The notes under the pieces: model-generated
The model's database searches: none
What the model saw: the letters and a program-made list of their open reading frames with translations, nothing else
Told to the model about the DNA's origin: nothing
NCBI GenBank assembly: GCA_048881705.1
Contig: JBHLSH010000002.1
Coordinates: 122,487-186,486, forward strand
Direction of reading: 5' to 3'
Length of the DNA stretch: 64,000 nucleotides
DNA from: Candidatus Heimdallarchaeota archaeon
GTDB lineage: Archaea; Asgardarchaeota; Heimdallarchaeia; Hodarchaeales; Hodarchaeaceae
Translations under genes and position numbers: made by a program
In this document: piece by piece, positions 19,689 to 29,107 of the stretch
Numbering within the stretch: position 1 is the first letter of the stretch
Layout of the letters: every line of letters begins with the position of its first letter

Positions 19689-20342
19689 CTAGGAATGCTT
19701 GACAATAAGAACCTTGAGATAGTCTGTTCCTTCCTCAGCTTCAATGGTGATGCGGGTTGAGGCATTTAGGAGTCGGGCTGTACCCCTGGGTAAACGATCA
19801 TTTACAGCATTTTCTAAAACTATATAATAAAGATCTCGTACTTCGTCCCTAATTTCTTCTACCTGCCGAGAGAGACGAGCAGCCTCATCATAGTCCTCAA
19901 GAAACGCCTTGTTTGCGCTTATAAATAGATTTATTACTACTGAAGTCTTTTCTAAAATCAGATCAAATTCTTTGGGAAAATAAGTTTCGTCAATTTTCTT
20001 CAGACACAAAATCCTGACTGCGCGCTCAATTCTTCCCAACAGTTTGTCAACATTAAGCATCATAAGATGGCGTTCCTCTCGAATCTGAGGGAGATAAGCC
20101 TGTTTTCGAAAAATCGATTCGAAAAAAATATCTTTTACTTTATCGCCTTCCTTTTCAAATTGAATAATCTCATCTCGAAGTGAAAGTCCCGTATCGAAGT
20201 TTTGGGTGCGCCAGGCCTTAATAGCCTCCACATACTTTCCGTATGCTACCTTGACAGCATCCAACATTTGAAAGAATAGCTCCTCAACAACTTTCTGGAT
20301 CTTTTTGTCTTTTATTACGTGACCAAAATATTCGCCGGACAT
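19689..20342 (-). CDS. DUF47/PhoU-like phosphate transport regulator
   Basis: All-helical with E..[GA]D.V.D repeats (FEKEGDKVKD; VEEIRDEVRD); directly upstream of pit, the usual pairing. Confidence 0.85.
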   Translation of the reverse strand: MSGEYFGHVIKDKKIQKVVEELFFQMLDAVKVAYGKYVEAIKAWRTQNFDTGLSLRDEIIQFEKEGDKVKDIFFESIFRKQAYLPQIREERHLMMLNVDKLLGRIERAVRILCLKKIDETYFPKEFDLILEKTSVVINLFISANKAFLEDYDEAARLSRQVEEIRDEVRDLYYIVLENAVNDRLPRGTARLLNASTRITIEAEEGTDYLKVLIVKHS

Positions 20343-20412
20343 TTTTTAGCTCACCGTGAGTTGTTTTCTTTCTAACGCCTAGTATAAAAGGTAGTTTCGA
20401 CTTCTTTTGAAG

Positions 20413-22515
20413 TTATGTCATTGAGAACAATATTGCCATGAGGTTTTCTAGCAGCACTGAAGCTTGGTTAAGGTTCTCAGTTCTATCTTTGGAGTAATAC
20501 GCAGAAATAAGAGGCAATAATTTAGCGAATTTGACCTCATTATCAATTTTTGAAACCGTTACGTCTGTTATCTGAGAATAATCTTCAACGTCAGTATCTA
20601 GCTTTCGATTCAGCTCCTTAAACGAAAGATTAACAATATTTTTTGACTTAGAGGAAACTTTGCGGCATACCAGAATAAAATCACGATTTAAGCCTTTGAC
20701 GGGGCGTGCTCCAAATTCACTACGTACGGGTAAGGCAGCAGTGACTTGAAATTCACTTTTGGCTAGAGTAAACAGAATTATATTCCACCCGCTACTTGTG
20801 GCATGATGAAAGGTGAATACCAATGGTGCTTCGTTTTTCAAGACGCGATGACATTCCTTAAAGATCCTGAAAAGTCCCGTCTGGAAGTTTTGATGACTTT
20901 TTTGGGAGCCTAGGTCTTGGTCGCTTTGAATAAGGTCTGATCGAAATCCAGGATAATCCGAAGAGGATAGTAATTGTTTTAACCAGACATAAAAGAAATT
21001 AGAGATTTCTGAATACTGAATATAATCCAGATACGGGGGATCCGTTAAGATAAAATCAATAGATTCGCTGGGAATAGATTTCATCAGTTTCTCTGAACTT
21101 CCACACTGTAGCAGCACATCACTAGCCTGGCTTGCGACGAGACGGGAGAATGAAGCTACCTGTTTCGCCTTGATGGAGTCCCCATCAATAGGAATACGGA
21201 CTTTCGAGCCATTTTGAACTGAAACTTCGAATGGTGCTTCACAGTATGCTTTGGCTTTTCTAATCCGATCCAGGTACGTTAGGAAAGTGCCATTACCCTT
21301 CTTACCTCCCCACACATTGTTCTCTACGAACATTGTAGGTACAAGAAAAGTCTGATAATTGAAAACATTGACAATCTGCTTCATAGTATAGTTATAGGGA
21401 CATAAAACTGTGTGAAATTCCAAGCTGCTTGAGAATGCAGCTGCAAAATACTCCTTATGGTTTTGGTCAGGAATTTGAGCTATAGACTTTAGAAGAAGGC
21501 CTAGACATAAGAGCTGGCGCGAGTTAAACAAGTCAGTAAAACAATCAAATCCATAATTTCGAAGATTACTCGTTGTAGAAGCGTCCGGAATTCTCTCTCT
21601 TGGAAAGGGCAATTCATCGGCGCGCTGGTCGAACTCGGATTTAGTACGGTTATATCTGTATATATCCTCGTTGGCGACTGGTTTATAATCACGAGTTCCA
21701 CATCGATTACAGAAATACTCAATAGCGACTTGTCGAGCCCCCCATTTGTACTGAAGTATTTTAAGAACATCAAGCAATCGAAAAGATTGATTACAACTAG
21801 TGCAGGTGAACTCTTTTTTACGACAGTTTCCATCGATAGGAATGAACGCAAATCCACATCTTGGACATGATATAGTGCTTGTAACAGGTGATTTGGAATA
21901 AAATAGGTGATCGCAATCTGGACAAATCACCATGGTTTCGGAGCTTTTTCTCTGTTTTTTTCCAATAATATAATACTTGAAGAGATCTTCGTATGAATGG
22001 CACGAAGGACATTGAATGGTTCTGACCCAAAAAGTATACATAATATCTGCCGTTTCATCTTGGCATTGAGGGCACTGAGTTTGATAATACGTTTTAAGCT
22101 TGATACCAATCCCTTGATTCAGCCCCTCAGCTATCTGGTTAAATTTGGCCAGGTTAAACGGGTCAAATTCCTTTCTTGTCGTAAAAAGGGCGATTGGATT
22201 TATATCAAATCCAATGGTCTTTAACCCTAGACGATGAAGCTCAACTAAACTCGTACCTCCCCCGCAAAAAGGGTCCAAAGCAATTTTATTTTTATAATCG
22301 TGGTTTTCATAGTACGCACCCGTACCAGGAATATTTGAATCAAAAAGAGGAGAATGAGAAAAGTGGGCCAGCCCGATAGCCCTACATGTACTTCCTGGTC
22401 GGCGTGCCCAACTTTTGTGTATTGAATATATTGGCCGATAAAACTGTCTTCGTTGCGATTCAATTTCTGCTAGTGTAGATACATGTTCGAGCGGAAAACG
22501 ACTTTCTAGGGTCAC
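20413..22515 (-). CDS. DUF1156-type adenine DNA methyltransferase with Zn-ribbon insert (paralog A)
   Basis: IHKSWARRPGS, LDPFCGGGT, six CxxC pairs, LTDPPY, FKECHRVLK..A.LVFTFHH. Start placed at GTG 22515 behind AAGGAG; the track start (22587) overlaps the upstream gene. Confidence 0.9.
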   Translation of the reverse strand: MTLESRFPLEHVSTLAEIESQRRQFYRPIYSIHKSWARRPGSTCRAIGLAHFSHSPLFDSNIPGTGAYYENHDYKNKIALDPFCGGGTSLVELHRLGLKTIGFDINPIALFTTRKEFDPFNLAKFNQIAEGLNQGIGIKLKTYYQTQCPQCQDETADIMYTFWVRTIQCPSCHSYEDLFKYYIIGKKQRKSSETMVICPDCDHLFYSKSPVTSTISCPRCGFAFIPIDGNCRKKEFTCTSCNQSFRLLDVLKILQYKWGARQVAIEYFCNRCGTRDYKPVANEDIYRYNRTKSEFDQRADELPFPRERIPDASTTSNLRNYGFDCFTDLFNSRQLLCLGLLLKSIAQIPDQNHKEYFAAAFSSSLEFHTVLCPYNYTMKQIVNVFNYQTFLVPTMFVENNVWGGKKGNGTFLTYLDRIRKAKAYCEAPFEVSVQNGSKVRIPIDGDSIKAKQVASFSRLVASQASDVLLQCGSSEKLMKSIPSESIDFILTDPPYLDYIQYSEISNFFYVWLKQLLSSSDYPGFRSDLIQSDQDLGSQKSHQNFQTGLFRIFKECHRVLKNEAPLVFTFHHATSSGWNIILFTLAKSEFQVTAALPVRSEFGARPVKGLNRDFILVCRKVSSKSKNIVNLSFKELNRKLDTDVEDYSQITDVTVSKIDNEVKFAKLLPLISAYYSKDRTENLNQASVLLENLMAILFSMT

Positions 22516-22540
22516 ATTGTTCTCCTTTAAGGTTCCGGTT

Positions 22541-24811
22541 TTATTTGTAACGAGAGAGTTCCGTGATAAGTACAGAATGGAGACCATCCACGAATTTAGA
22601 ATCCAGACCTAGGGTCTCTGCGATTATTAGGTCAATCTGGTATAGGGGATTGATTGGATCCTTCTGAATGGACTTAAGGATTTTCAAGAAGGTGGGTCTC
22701 TTTTTGACAGGATTTTGAGAGACAAGTTGTACCAATTCCCTTAAATTCTTTTTCTTTGCTAAAGGAACGTTAGAAAAATCTACATGGCGAAAGAATTCCA
22801 TGTCTGGGCCAAGAATCTGTCCATAGTTTCCACTAATTGGTCTCCACACCGCTAGAATATTAAAAATTCCAAAGCTACTCGTTAAATAGCAAAAATACCA
22901 GAAAGACTCTTGCGGATCCATGTTAATGCTCATAAAACCATCCCCTACGTGCAATGGTTTATGTGAATAGAAAGCGATTGTTTTTGTTGTACTCCATCCA
23001 ATTTTCTGTGGTATGGCTAGATGAGTTTCTCGCTCTATCGGCGGATATAGGCTAATAGAATGAACTCTAGGGTTGAGACCATTTGATTTCAACCAATCAC
23101 CGAAGATAATACTGGATTGATTCACTCTGATATAATAGGTTTGAGGGGCTCCTTCAGGTATCAGATTAGGATATTCAGCCATTTCATTATATCTTTTCAT
23201 TGAGCGTACGATATCTGTCTGAGGAAATCTGAATCGTCTTTGCCCCCCTTTCCTGGTCTGAATATTAATGTGAGTCGGTGTTATTGAAACGATTTCCCAG
23301 ATTTTATTTGGCAGGCTATAGAGCCGGACTGGCGCTACCCGATTTCCTCGAATGATTTCTGCTCGGTCAGTGACGGGACTAGTTTTCGTTTTGATCGTGC
23401 GCCATAAACGTACAAAATCGTATGATCGAAAAAACACAGTCCAACGATTAACATAGAACTCTCTTTTCGAAACTGAAAGCAAACGAAAATCCTGAAAATC
23501 ACCATCGGAAACGGTATATTTTATGGTGTTTGCCAAATCATCGATTTCATCCAAGGATTTGGCAGTAAGAGATTCCTGGAGAATAATTATTTTGATTGGC
23601 CCATCGTAGTTCTTCCTTGCGATGAGAATTATTTCCTCAAATGAGGAATCTGAAAACGCGGGTTCCACATCTGATTTGATGAGATATTCGATATTGACTG
23701 TCTGAAGCAGATATCGCACAATAGGTGATGTACTTTCCGTATAAAATATTGAAAAGGGTAATACAAAAGCAACCGTCCCACCAGGTTTAAGGAAATGAGA
23801 AGCGGCAAGCAGAAAATAGCCGTGTAACCCGAGATGCTTCTTGTCGATAAACTTATTGGCGGAAAAACCTCGCTTTTCAAACCATGCACATAAATGTTCT
23901 TTATACTGCGAATCCAGACGATCCCCTTGTGTAAATGGAGGATTTCCAAGCAAAACATTGAATTTATTCGGCCTCTCACCTTGATAGCTCCCTTTATCTG
24001 TTGGGTTAAAATAGGAACCCAGTGTTCTGTTTCCGTCTATCTCAAACGCATCTGTACAGACGATGTCTGCACGATATGTCATATTCAAGGCAGCTTGAAG
24101 GCTGAGATTCATCGATGCGAACAAGCATGCCAAAGGCGAGATATCCGAGCCAAACGTATTTCGGAGAATGGATTGTTCTGGAAAAGTCGGATCAATTTGT
24201 TTTCTTCTTTGATATGAAGCAACGAGGAGGCCCCCCGAACCACAGGCGGGATCAAAAATCGTGTCAGAGGCTTCTTCTATTGCCAAATTAGCAAGAAATC
24301 GGCTAGCTGGAATAGAGGTATGATATGCTGCTAAAATTTTGCGATAGGAAGGAGGAAAAGAACGTTGTAAACTAAATCCTAAGAAATCATGTTCGGCTAC
24401 ATATGTTTTATAACGATCTAAAACCTTGATGATCAAGATAACACGATCAAGAGTAATTTGATGATTCTTAAGCGTTGAAACCGTTGGAATTGAAAATAAC
24501 TCGAGACCATTTACTTCAAATATCCTGTCAAACAGAGCCTTGAGATCAAAAATCGACTCAATTTGGTTTAATGGCTTTAAACCAAGTTGAGGTGAGCGTT
24601 CATTTAATATCAGGTAATACAAGATTTGAGCAATAAGTAGGTGGGCAATGACAGATTGTGAAAAAGTAGAAAATTCTTCTGGTTTCCATCTGTTAAAGAT
24701 TCGGCCTAAATCCTGCTGTATATGCCTTTTAAAATCCGCAGTTTGGTTAAAATGCTTGGTTTCGACATATGATACTAGTTCAGAAGTGATATCTTCGATA
24801 ATTTTTGGCAT
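22541..24811 (-). CDS. N6-adenine DNA methyltransferase (gamma class, Eco57I/HsdM-like) with C-terminal TRD and no evident nuclease domain
   Basis: FDPACGSGGLL, GSDI, LGNPPF, FL..A..FLKPGG...FVLP. Start is ATG 24811 or TTG 24868. Confidence 0.9.
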   Translation of the reverse strand: MPKIIEDITSELVSYVETKHFNQTADFKRHIQQDLGRIFNRWKPEEFSTFSQSVIAHLLIAQILYYLILNERSPQLGLKPLNQIESIFDLKALFDRIFEVNGLELFSIPTVSTLKNHQITLDRVILIIKVLDRYKTYVAEHDFLGFSLQRSFPPSYRKILAAYHTSIPASRFLANLAIEEASDTIFDPACGSGGLLVASYQRRKQIDPTFPEQSILRNTFGSDISPLACLFASMNLSLQAALNMTYRADIVCTDAFEIDGNRTLGSYFNPTDKGSYQGERPNKFNVLLGNPPFTQGDRLDSQYKEHLCAWFEKRGFSANKFIDKKHLGLHGYFLLAASHFLKPGGTVAFVLPFSIFYTESTSPIVRYLLQTVNIEYLIKSDVEPAFSDSSFEEIILIARKNYDGPIKIIILQESLTAKSLDEIDDLANTIKYTVSDGDFQDFRLLSVSKREFYVNRWTVFFRSYDFVRLWRTIKTKTSPVTDRAEIIRGNRVAPVRLYSLPNKIWEIVSITPTHINIQTRKGGQRRFRFPQTDIVRSMKRYNEMAEYPNLIPEGAPQTYYIRVNQSSIIFGDWLKSNGLNPRVHSISLYPPIERETHLAIPQKIGWSTTKTIAFYSHKPLHVGDGFMSINMDPQESFWYFCYLTSSFGIFNILAVWRPISGNYGQILGPDMEFFRHVDFSNVPLAKKKNLRELVQLVSQNPVKKRPTFLKILKSIQKDPINPLYQIDLIIAETLGLDSKFVDGLHSVLITELSRYK

Positions 24812-25034
24812 AGGAGGAGTTTGAGAGTTCTTGGACCCATTAAAGGGTTTCAAAAGATATTTCAGCAACTCGTTTGGCAGATTCTTCGAAATAATAATTC
24901 ACTCCGTAGTTTTAACGATCCTGCCTGCGATTTCGCTCCTCCGCAAATAATACCATGACTCGTCAGTCTCTTTACAAAAAGGCTTATTTCAAGTTCTTTA
25001 TTGTTAATCATTTTACATCTAGAGCATTTTTGAA

Positions 25035-26216
25035 TTATGGATTAGTGAATGGGTTTAATTTTTCTAAAAAACGAACTGCAATTTGAGATTGGACTTCTGT
25101 TCCTTTTTCTAGCCATCGATTCATAATGGACTCCAGTGTCATGTCGAGATCAGGAAAATCTTCATCAGTAACATTGTTATTCACAATTTTATCTTCAATG
25201 ATTTCTTCAAGCGCGTTTTCAATCAGATCCTTAGTTTTTATACAGATTGATGGTGTACCCAACCATGGAATAAGGTGTTGAAGCGCTTCAAAGGGCGCGG
25301 CTCCAATAAGCTGAGCAACCACATGCTTCAAGATCCATTCAACATTCTCATCTGATATGTTGAGTACGGGTCGAAGGTAGCCTAGGGCACGCCGGGGTTG
25401 GGAACGTCCAGGTACTTCAACACCATGAATTAACCAATCTACAAGATAGGGTTCCTGGCTTTCTACCCACTCTTTTGTATACACGAACATTTCCTCTGGA
25501 TAATTACGCCAGGAGGCATAAAGGATGAAGTCTAATGCACGAGTATATGGCTCTTTTTTCAATAATAATAACCTACGATATGATTCTAGTTTCTGTAAGT
25601 CCGGCTGGGGATTATAGAAATGATCGATCAGTAGAAGAAAGGGGACAATTGATGGGGATATGGATGTAATTTCCTGAAAGGTTAGCGAAGTTAAAGATAT
25701 TTGCTCCATTTTCAAGGTTTTGGCAATAATCTCGCCTGCTTTCTTCAGTGATGGAAAATGATTCTTTCGATCCCATTTCTCCAAATCCTTGGTCACGGCA
25801 TCAAAGTCTCGACTTTGTATCTTTCTCCAAACCGATTGAATCTCTTTGCTTATTTCATTCTGCGTTTCAGGTGTCAATTGCGTCAAATCTGGATATAAAG
25901 GGGATCCTTTGGAGTCGATCTGATTTGGTATCTGGATAGATTCAACCGATCCTAATGATTTAAGGACTATCAGCTTTATTGCTTCTGTTGTTCCCTTCAA
26001 GTGATCAGATTTTTCTTGTAGTATTGCTTCGATCCGTTCAGATTGCCTCTCAGAGATCTTCCAGCGTTTTCTCTCTTCTTCAGTAAGTCTTAATGATACA
26101 TATCCCTTTGAAAGCCAAATATCGATCTTGTTGTCCCAATAAAGCTCTCGAAGAATTGGGATCCATGATGGATCCAGTTGAGCGACCGAAACGGAGTTTA
26201 AATCTGCAAAAGTCAT
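25035..26216 (-). CDS. Hypothetical protein with a C-terminal HEAT/ARM-like (AlkD-like) helical region
   Basis: 393-aa ORF with amphipathic repeats such as YTKEWVESQEPYLV and LRPVLNISDENVEWILKHVV. Confidence 0.65.
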   Translation of the reverse strand: MTFADLNSVSVAQLDPSWIPILRELYWDNKIDIWLSKGYVSLRLTEEERKRWKISERQSERIEAILQEKSDHLKGTTEAIKLIVLKSLGSVESIQIPNQIDSKGSPLYPDLTQLTPETQNEISKEIQSVWRKIQSRDFDAVTKDLEKWDRKNHFPSLKKAGEIIAKTLKMEQISLTSLTFQEITSISPSIVPFLLLIDHFYNPQPDLQKLESYRRLLLLKKEPYTRALDFILYASWRNYPEEMFVYTKEWVESQEPYLVDWLIHGVEVPGRSQPRRALGYLRPVLNISDENVEWILKHVVAQLIGAAPFEALQHLIPWLGTPSICIKTKDLIENALEEIIEDKIVNNNVTDEDFPDLDMTLESIMNRWLEKGTEVQSQIAVRFLEKLNPFTNP

Positions 26217-26357
26217 TCATTTCAACCCTTGCCCCGATATTTGTAGCATTCATTTGAATGTTGGTTTTCTACTTGGAGCTTTTTGACCACGATTTCGCCC
26301 AAGGCTAGGTAGGCTCAGGACATGAATCACGCTTTAGGTCGTCTTAGGTAGATTTTA

Positions 26358-27290
26358 TTACGGAAAAAGCCAGGCCAATGGAGTCTCGGATATATCTTGG
26401 CTTTTTGAGGAGGGGGTAGAGCTGTAATGTAAGGATCGGATCAGTTCGAATAGCAAATCAGGTACACAAGGGTATCCGACGATAAGCCGCGCCCCGTAAT
26501 GCATGAATGTTTCAATCCGTGTCTTAAAATTCCATGATGATAGTACGTAATGTTGAAAGCGAGAGCGTAATATCCTTTGGGCCACTTGAGGTAATCTCTC
26601 CCACTCAGCTGAAAGAATACGGGGATTAATTTTTTCCTGCTTGAGTTCCAGTAAAATCGGTTTTCTCCGTAAGAGGTACTTCACAACTATCCTTACAGCC
26701 TCCTCCTCTGGAAGGAGTTGAGCCATCGGTGTATATATTGCATACGGGCCTGGAAGATGGTTAGAAAGGACGGCCCTAGGATCGCCATAGAGGAGGAACG
26801 GTATGATTGACCCGTAATTTTTGATGAATTTGCATATAAGCTTGGATGACAGATTTTCACCCCCCAGAAAAACACACTCAGTGGTCAGGGCTCTCACTCT
26901 AGTAAGAATATTATGAAATGCTTTGGCTAGTGGAATTGCAGAGTCAACAGATGAGTAATCAGGGGAACCGGCGACAATATTAAACATCAGGTTGGGATAT
27001 TTGTCAGCGATTCGGAGATAGTTTTCTAGTAGGAAATTCCGGTTTTTATAAAACTCTGCACTCCGAACAGACACGGTTAGCACGATACGATTCCGGATCT
27101 GATCCAAAATGACTCTGAGCTGCTCTGGTGTCAAGAGCCATTCTTGGCCTTCATAATCAAGAAAAATAAATTGATGATATTGGTCGGCATATATGATGGT
27201 TTCTAAATACTCCCGCGTTGTGCTGAAATCTGAGCGCTTAAGCGCAATTCCCGTTATATTCGGCCCGTTCTTAGCTAGGAACGTGATCCC
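26358..27290 (-). CDS. Divergent TIM-barrel protein, weakly MTHFR-like; 5' end unresolved
   Basis: The track ORF (258 aa) stays open for 52 more codons up to 27290 with no ATG/GTG/TTG. Alternating beta/alpha pattern; FNIVAGSPDY resembles the MetF LALxGDP strand. Confidence 0.55.
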   Translation of the reverse strand, partial: GITFLAKNGPNITGIALKRSDFSTTREYLETIIYADQYHQFIFLDYEGQEWLLTPEQLRVILDQIRNRIVLTVSVRSAEFYKNRNFLLENYLRIADKYPNLMFNIVAGSPDYSSVDSAIPLAKAFHNILTRVRALTTECVFLGGENLSSKLICKFIKNYGSIIPFLLYGDPRAVLSNHLPGPYAIYTPMAQLLPEEEAVRIVVKYLLRRKPILLELKQEKINPRILSAEWERLPQVAQRILRSRFQHYVLSSWNFKTRIETFMHYGARLIVGYPCVPDLLFELIRSLHYSSTPSSKSQDISETPLAWLFP

Positions 27291-27459
27291 TCATTCGTCT
27301 CACACCAATATGAATTGAACCCTCCTTGTTTTAAGAACCCTAAAACACGGCAATGTTTGTAATCTTTTTTGAAAGAACTCCGAATCTATCTACTCTTCAT
27401 TTTTCCCCATCTTTAAGGATTATGCAGTTAACCCTCGCTCTATGAGCAATGGTACATCC

Positions 27460-28194
27460 TTAAGAATTACCAGGGGAAAATATTTCGAATATATTTATGC
27501 CTTGAAGTCCCAACAACAACCAAATCGCATAAACCAGGCTTAAAGCTGCTATTGATAGATTTATTACCCGTGTTACCCGTTTTTGTCCGAATTTTTGTGC
27601 TGGATAGTTAACTGAGACACCATATCCGATCATGCCAATAATAACACCAGTTGTGAAGAGTAGAACACCAAAAAGAATACTAAGAAGATCTTGTATGCCC
27701 AGAGTCAAGGTAAATAGTAATAGTAGCTCATCATTGCTCGCTATGCCATGAATAACGCCAATTCCAACCATAGTACCGTGCTCGCGCTGTGAAGAGGATG
27801 AAAGATGAACATGAAGGTGAGTGTGTTCCTTCGCCTCGTCTACTTCTACGCCATGGGAATGCCTATGAAAATGTATTAGATTGAATTCCCAAGCGATCGT
27901 AAAAATTGCGATGATTATAAGCATAACAGGAACAAGCAATTCTAGATTTGCGAGCATCGGGAGAAAAATACTCTCACGGAAGATAAATAAAACAATAGTT
28001 AGCACTGTAGCCGTCGCCATATGACCTAAAGCCCATGATACACTTAATGAAATCGTTTTCCTTGTTGTCTGGGAATGAGTCAATAGACCAGAGACCGCCA
28101 CAAGATGATCAGCATCAAAAGCATGTTTTATACCCAAAAGTACCGCTATGACCAGTAATCCAAGTATATATGATGTTTCTAGCGTGCTTTCCAT
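27460..28194 (-). CDS. Nickel/cobalt transporter, NicO/HoxN/RcnA-UreH type
   Basis: GIKHAFDADH (HxxDxDH), His-rich loop HFHRHSH...HTHLHVH, GVIHGIAS. Confidence 0.9.
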   Translation of the reverse strand: MESTLETSYILGLLVIAVLLGIKHAFDADHLVAVSGLLTHSQTTRKTISLSVSWALGHMATATVLTIVLFIFRESIFLPMLANLELLVPVMLIIIAIFTIAWEFNLIHFHRHSHGVEVDEAKEHTHLHVHLSSSSQREHGTMVGIGVIHGIASNDELLLLFTLTLGIQDLLSILFGVLLFTTGVIIGMIGYGVSVNYPAQKFGQKRVTRVINLSIAALSLVYAIWLLLGLQGINIFEIFSPGNS

Positions 28195-28316
28195 TCCTCC
28201 AGCATTAGGCTGGCTTAGCTAGTTTGTGCAAACTCTTATGGAAATCGATTATATATCTATTTTCGTAGGTTTCGTTTTATCTTAGAAGAAAATAGGATTG
28301 GCTATTAACCGTGATA

Positions 28317-29006
28317 CTAGATTAACATTTTTTGTGCGGCAATGCCAATCCAGCCAGGAGCATGACGTATTTTCCGAATAATGAGATTTTCACGTTCAAA
28401 TAATTTGATAAAGGAACCTAGTTTAATTGGTTCCTCAAATCCAAAAATCCACTGCCCTGAATGCTCGAGATACCACCTATTGATGCGGTATGGGATATCT
28501 GGAGTCGGAACCCAACTTATAAGCCATCCATCTGGCTTAACATGCTTACTGTGGTTATGAAAAGCAATCTTTTGGATGGATGGTTTGAAATGTTCCAATA
28601 ATCCATGGGAATGAACGATTTCGAACTGATTGGAAAGGGAAAGATCAAGTACATCTTCTAATATGAAATTCGCTCCAATTTGGGCATGTTTAAATCGTTG
28701 CTTGGCCATTGCTAGAGCCAATGGAGAAGTATCAACAAGTGTCGGCTGTAAATTGTAAAATTTGGCCAAACGAAGAGAGTTTTGCCCGGTTGAAGCTCCG
28801 ATTTCTAACATGCGACCTTGAGGGATTTTTAATCCCTGTAAAAGCCAACGATAGTTGCGCCAGACGGTAAAAAAGTAATATGCTCGAATTATAATTGAAT
28901 TGGTTGAATGAGCATAAGCATCCCAATCAGCTTGGGGGATTGACATCATTTTCGAAAAAACAACGCAGATAATTAAATCGTTTCGCTCCTTAGGGCATCT
29001 TACCAA
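28317..29006 (-). CDS. Class I SAM-dependent methyltransferase
   Basis: MLEIGASTG, VDTS..AL, EDVLD, FEIVHSHGLLEHF. Confidence 0.85.
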   Translation of the reverse strand: MVRCPKERNDLIICVVFSKMMSIPQADWDAYAHSTNSIIIRAYYFFTVWRNYRWLLQGLKIPQGRMLEIGASTGQNSLRLAKFYNLQPTLVDTSPLALAMAKQRFKHAQIGANFILEDVLDLSLSNQFEIVHSHGLLEHFKPSIQKIAFHNHSKHVKPDGWLISWVPTPDIPYRINRWYLEHSGQWIFGFEEPIKLGSFIKLFERENLIIRKIRHAPGWIGIAAQKMLI

Positions 29007-29107
29007 CAGCTAGCGCGTTTAAGTGTATTCAAAGGCTATCATTGACGAATTATTTCGTCATAGTCAATTAAATCGTGAGTGTTTCAACTATTATCTTAAG
29101 GAGTTCA

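Noticed and set aside
22516-22587. N-terminal extensions given by the ORF track (also 30137-30256 for cofD)
   Set aside because: They overlap neighbouring genes; downstream starts match family N-termini and have purine-rich upstream sequences.
26217-26357. SECIS element downstream of the TGA-containing frame
   Set aside because: Only short, interrupted stems can be drawn; there is no clear archaeal GAA/A or eukaryote-like UGA/GA core.
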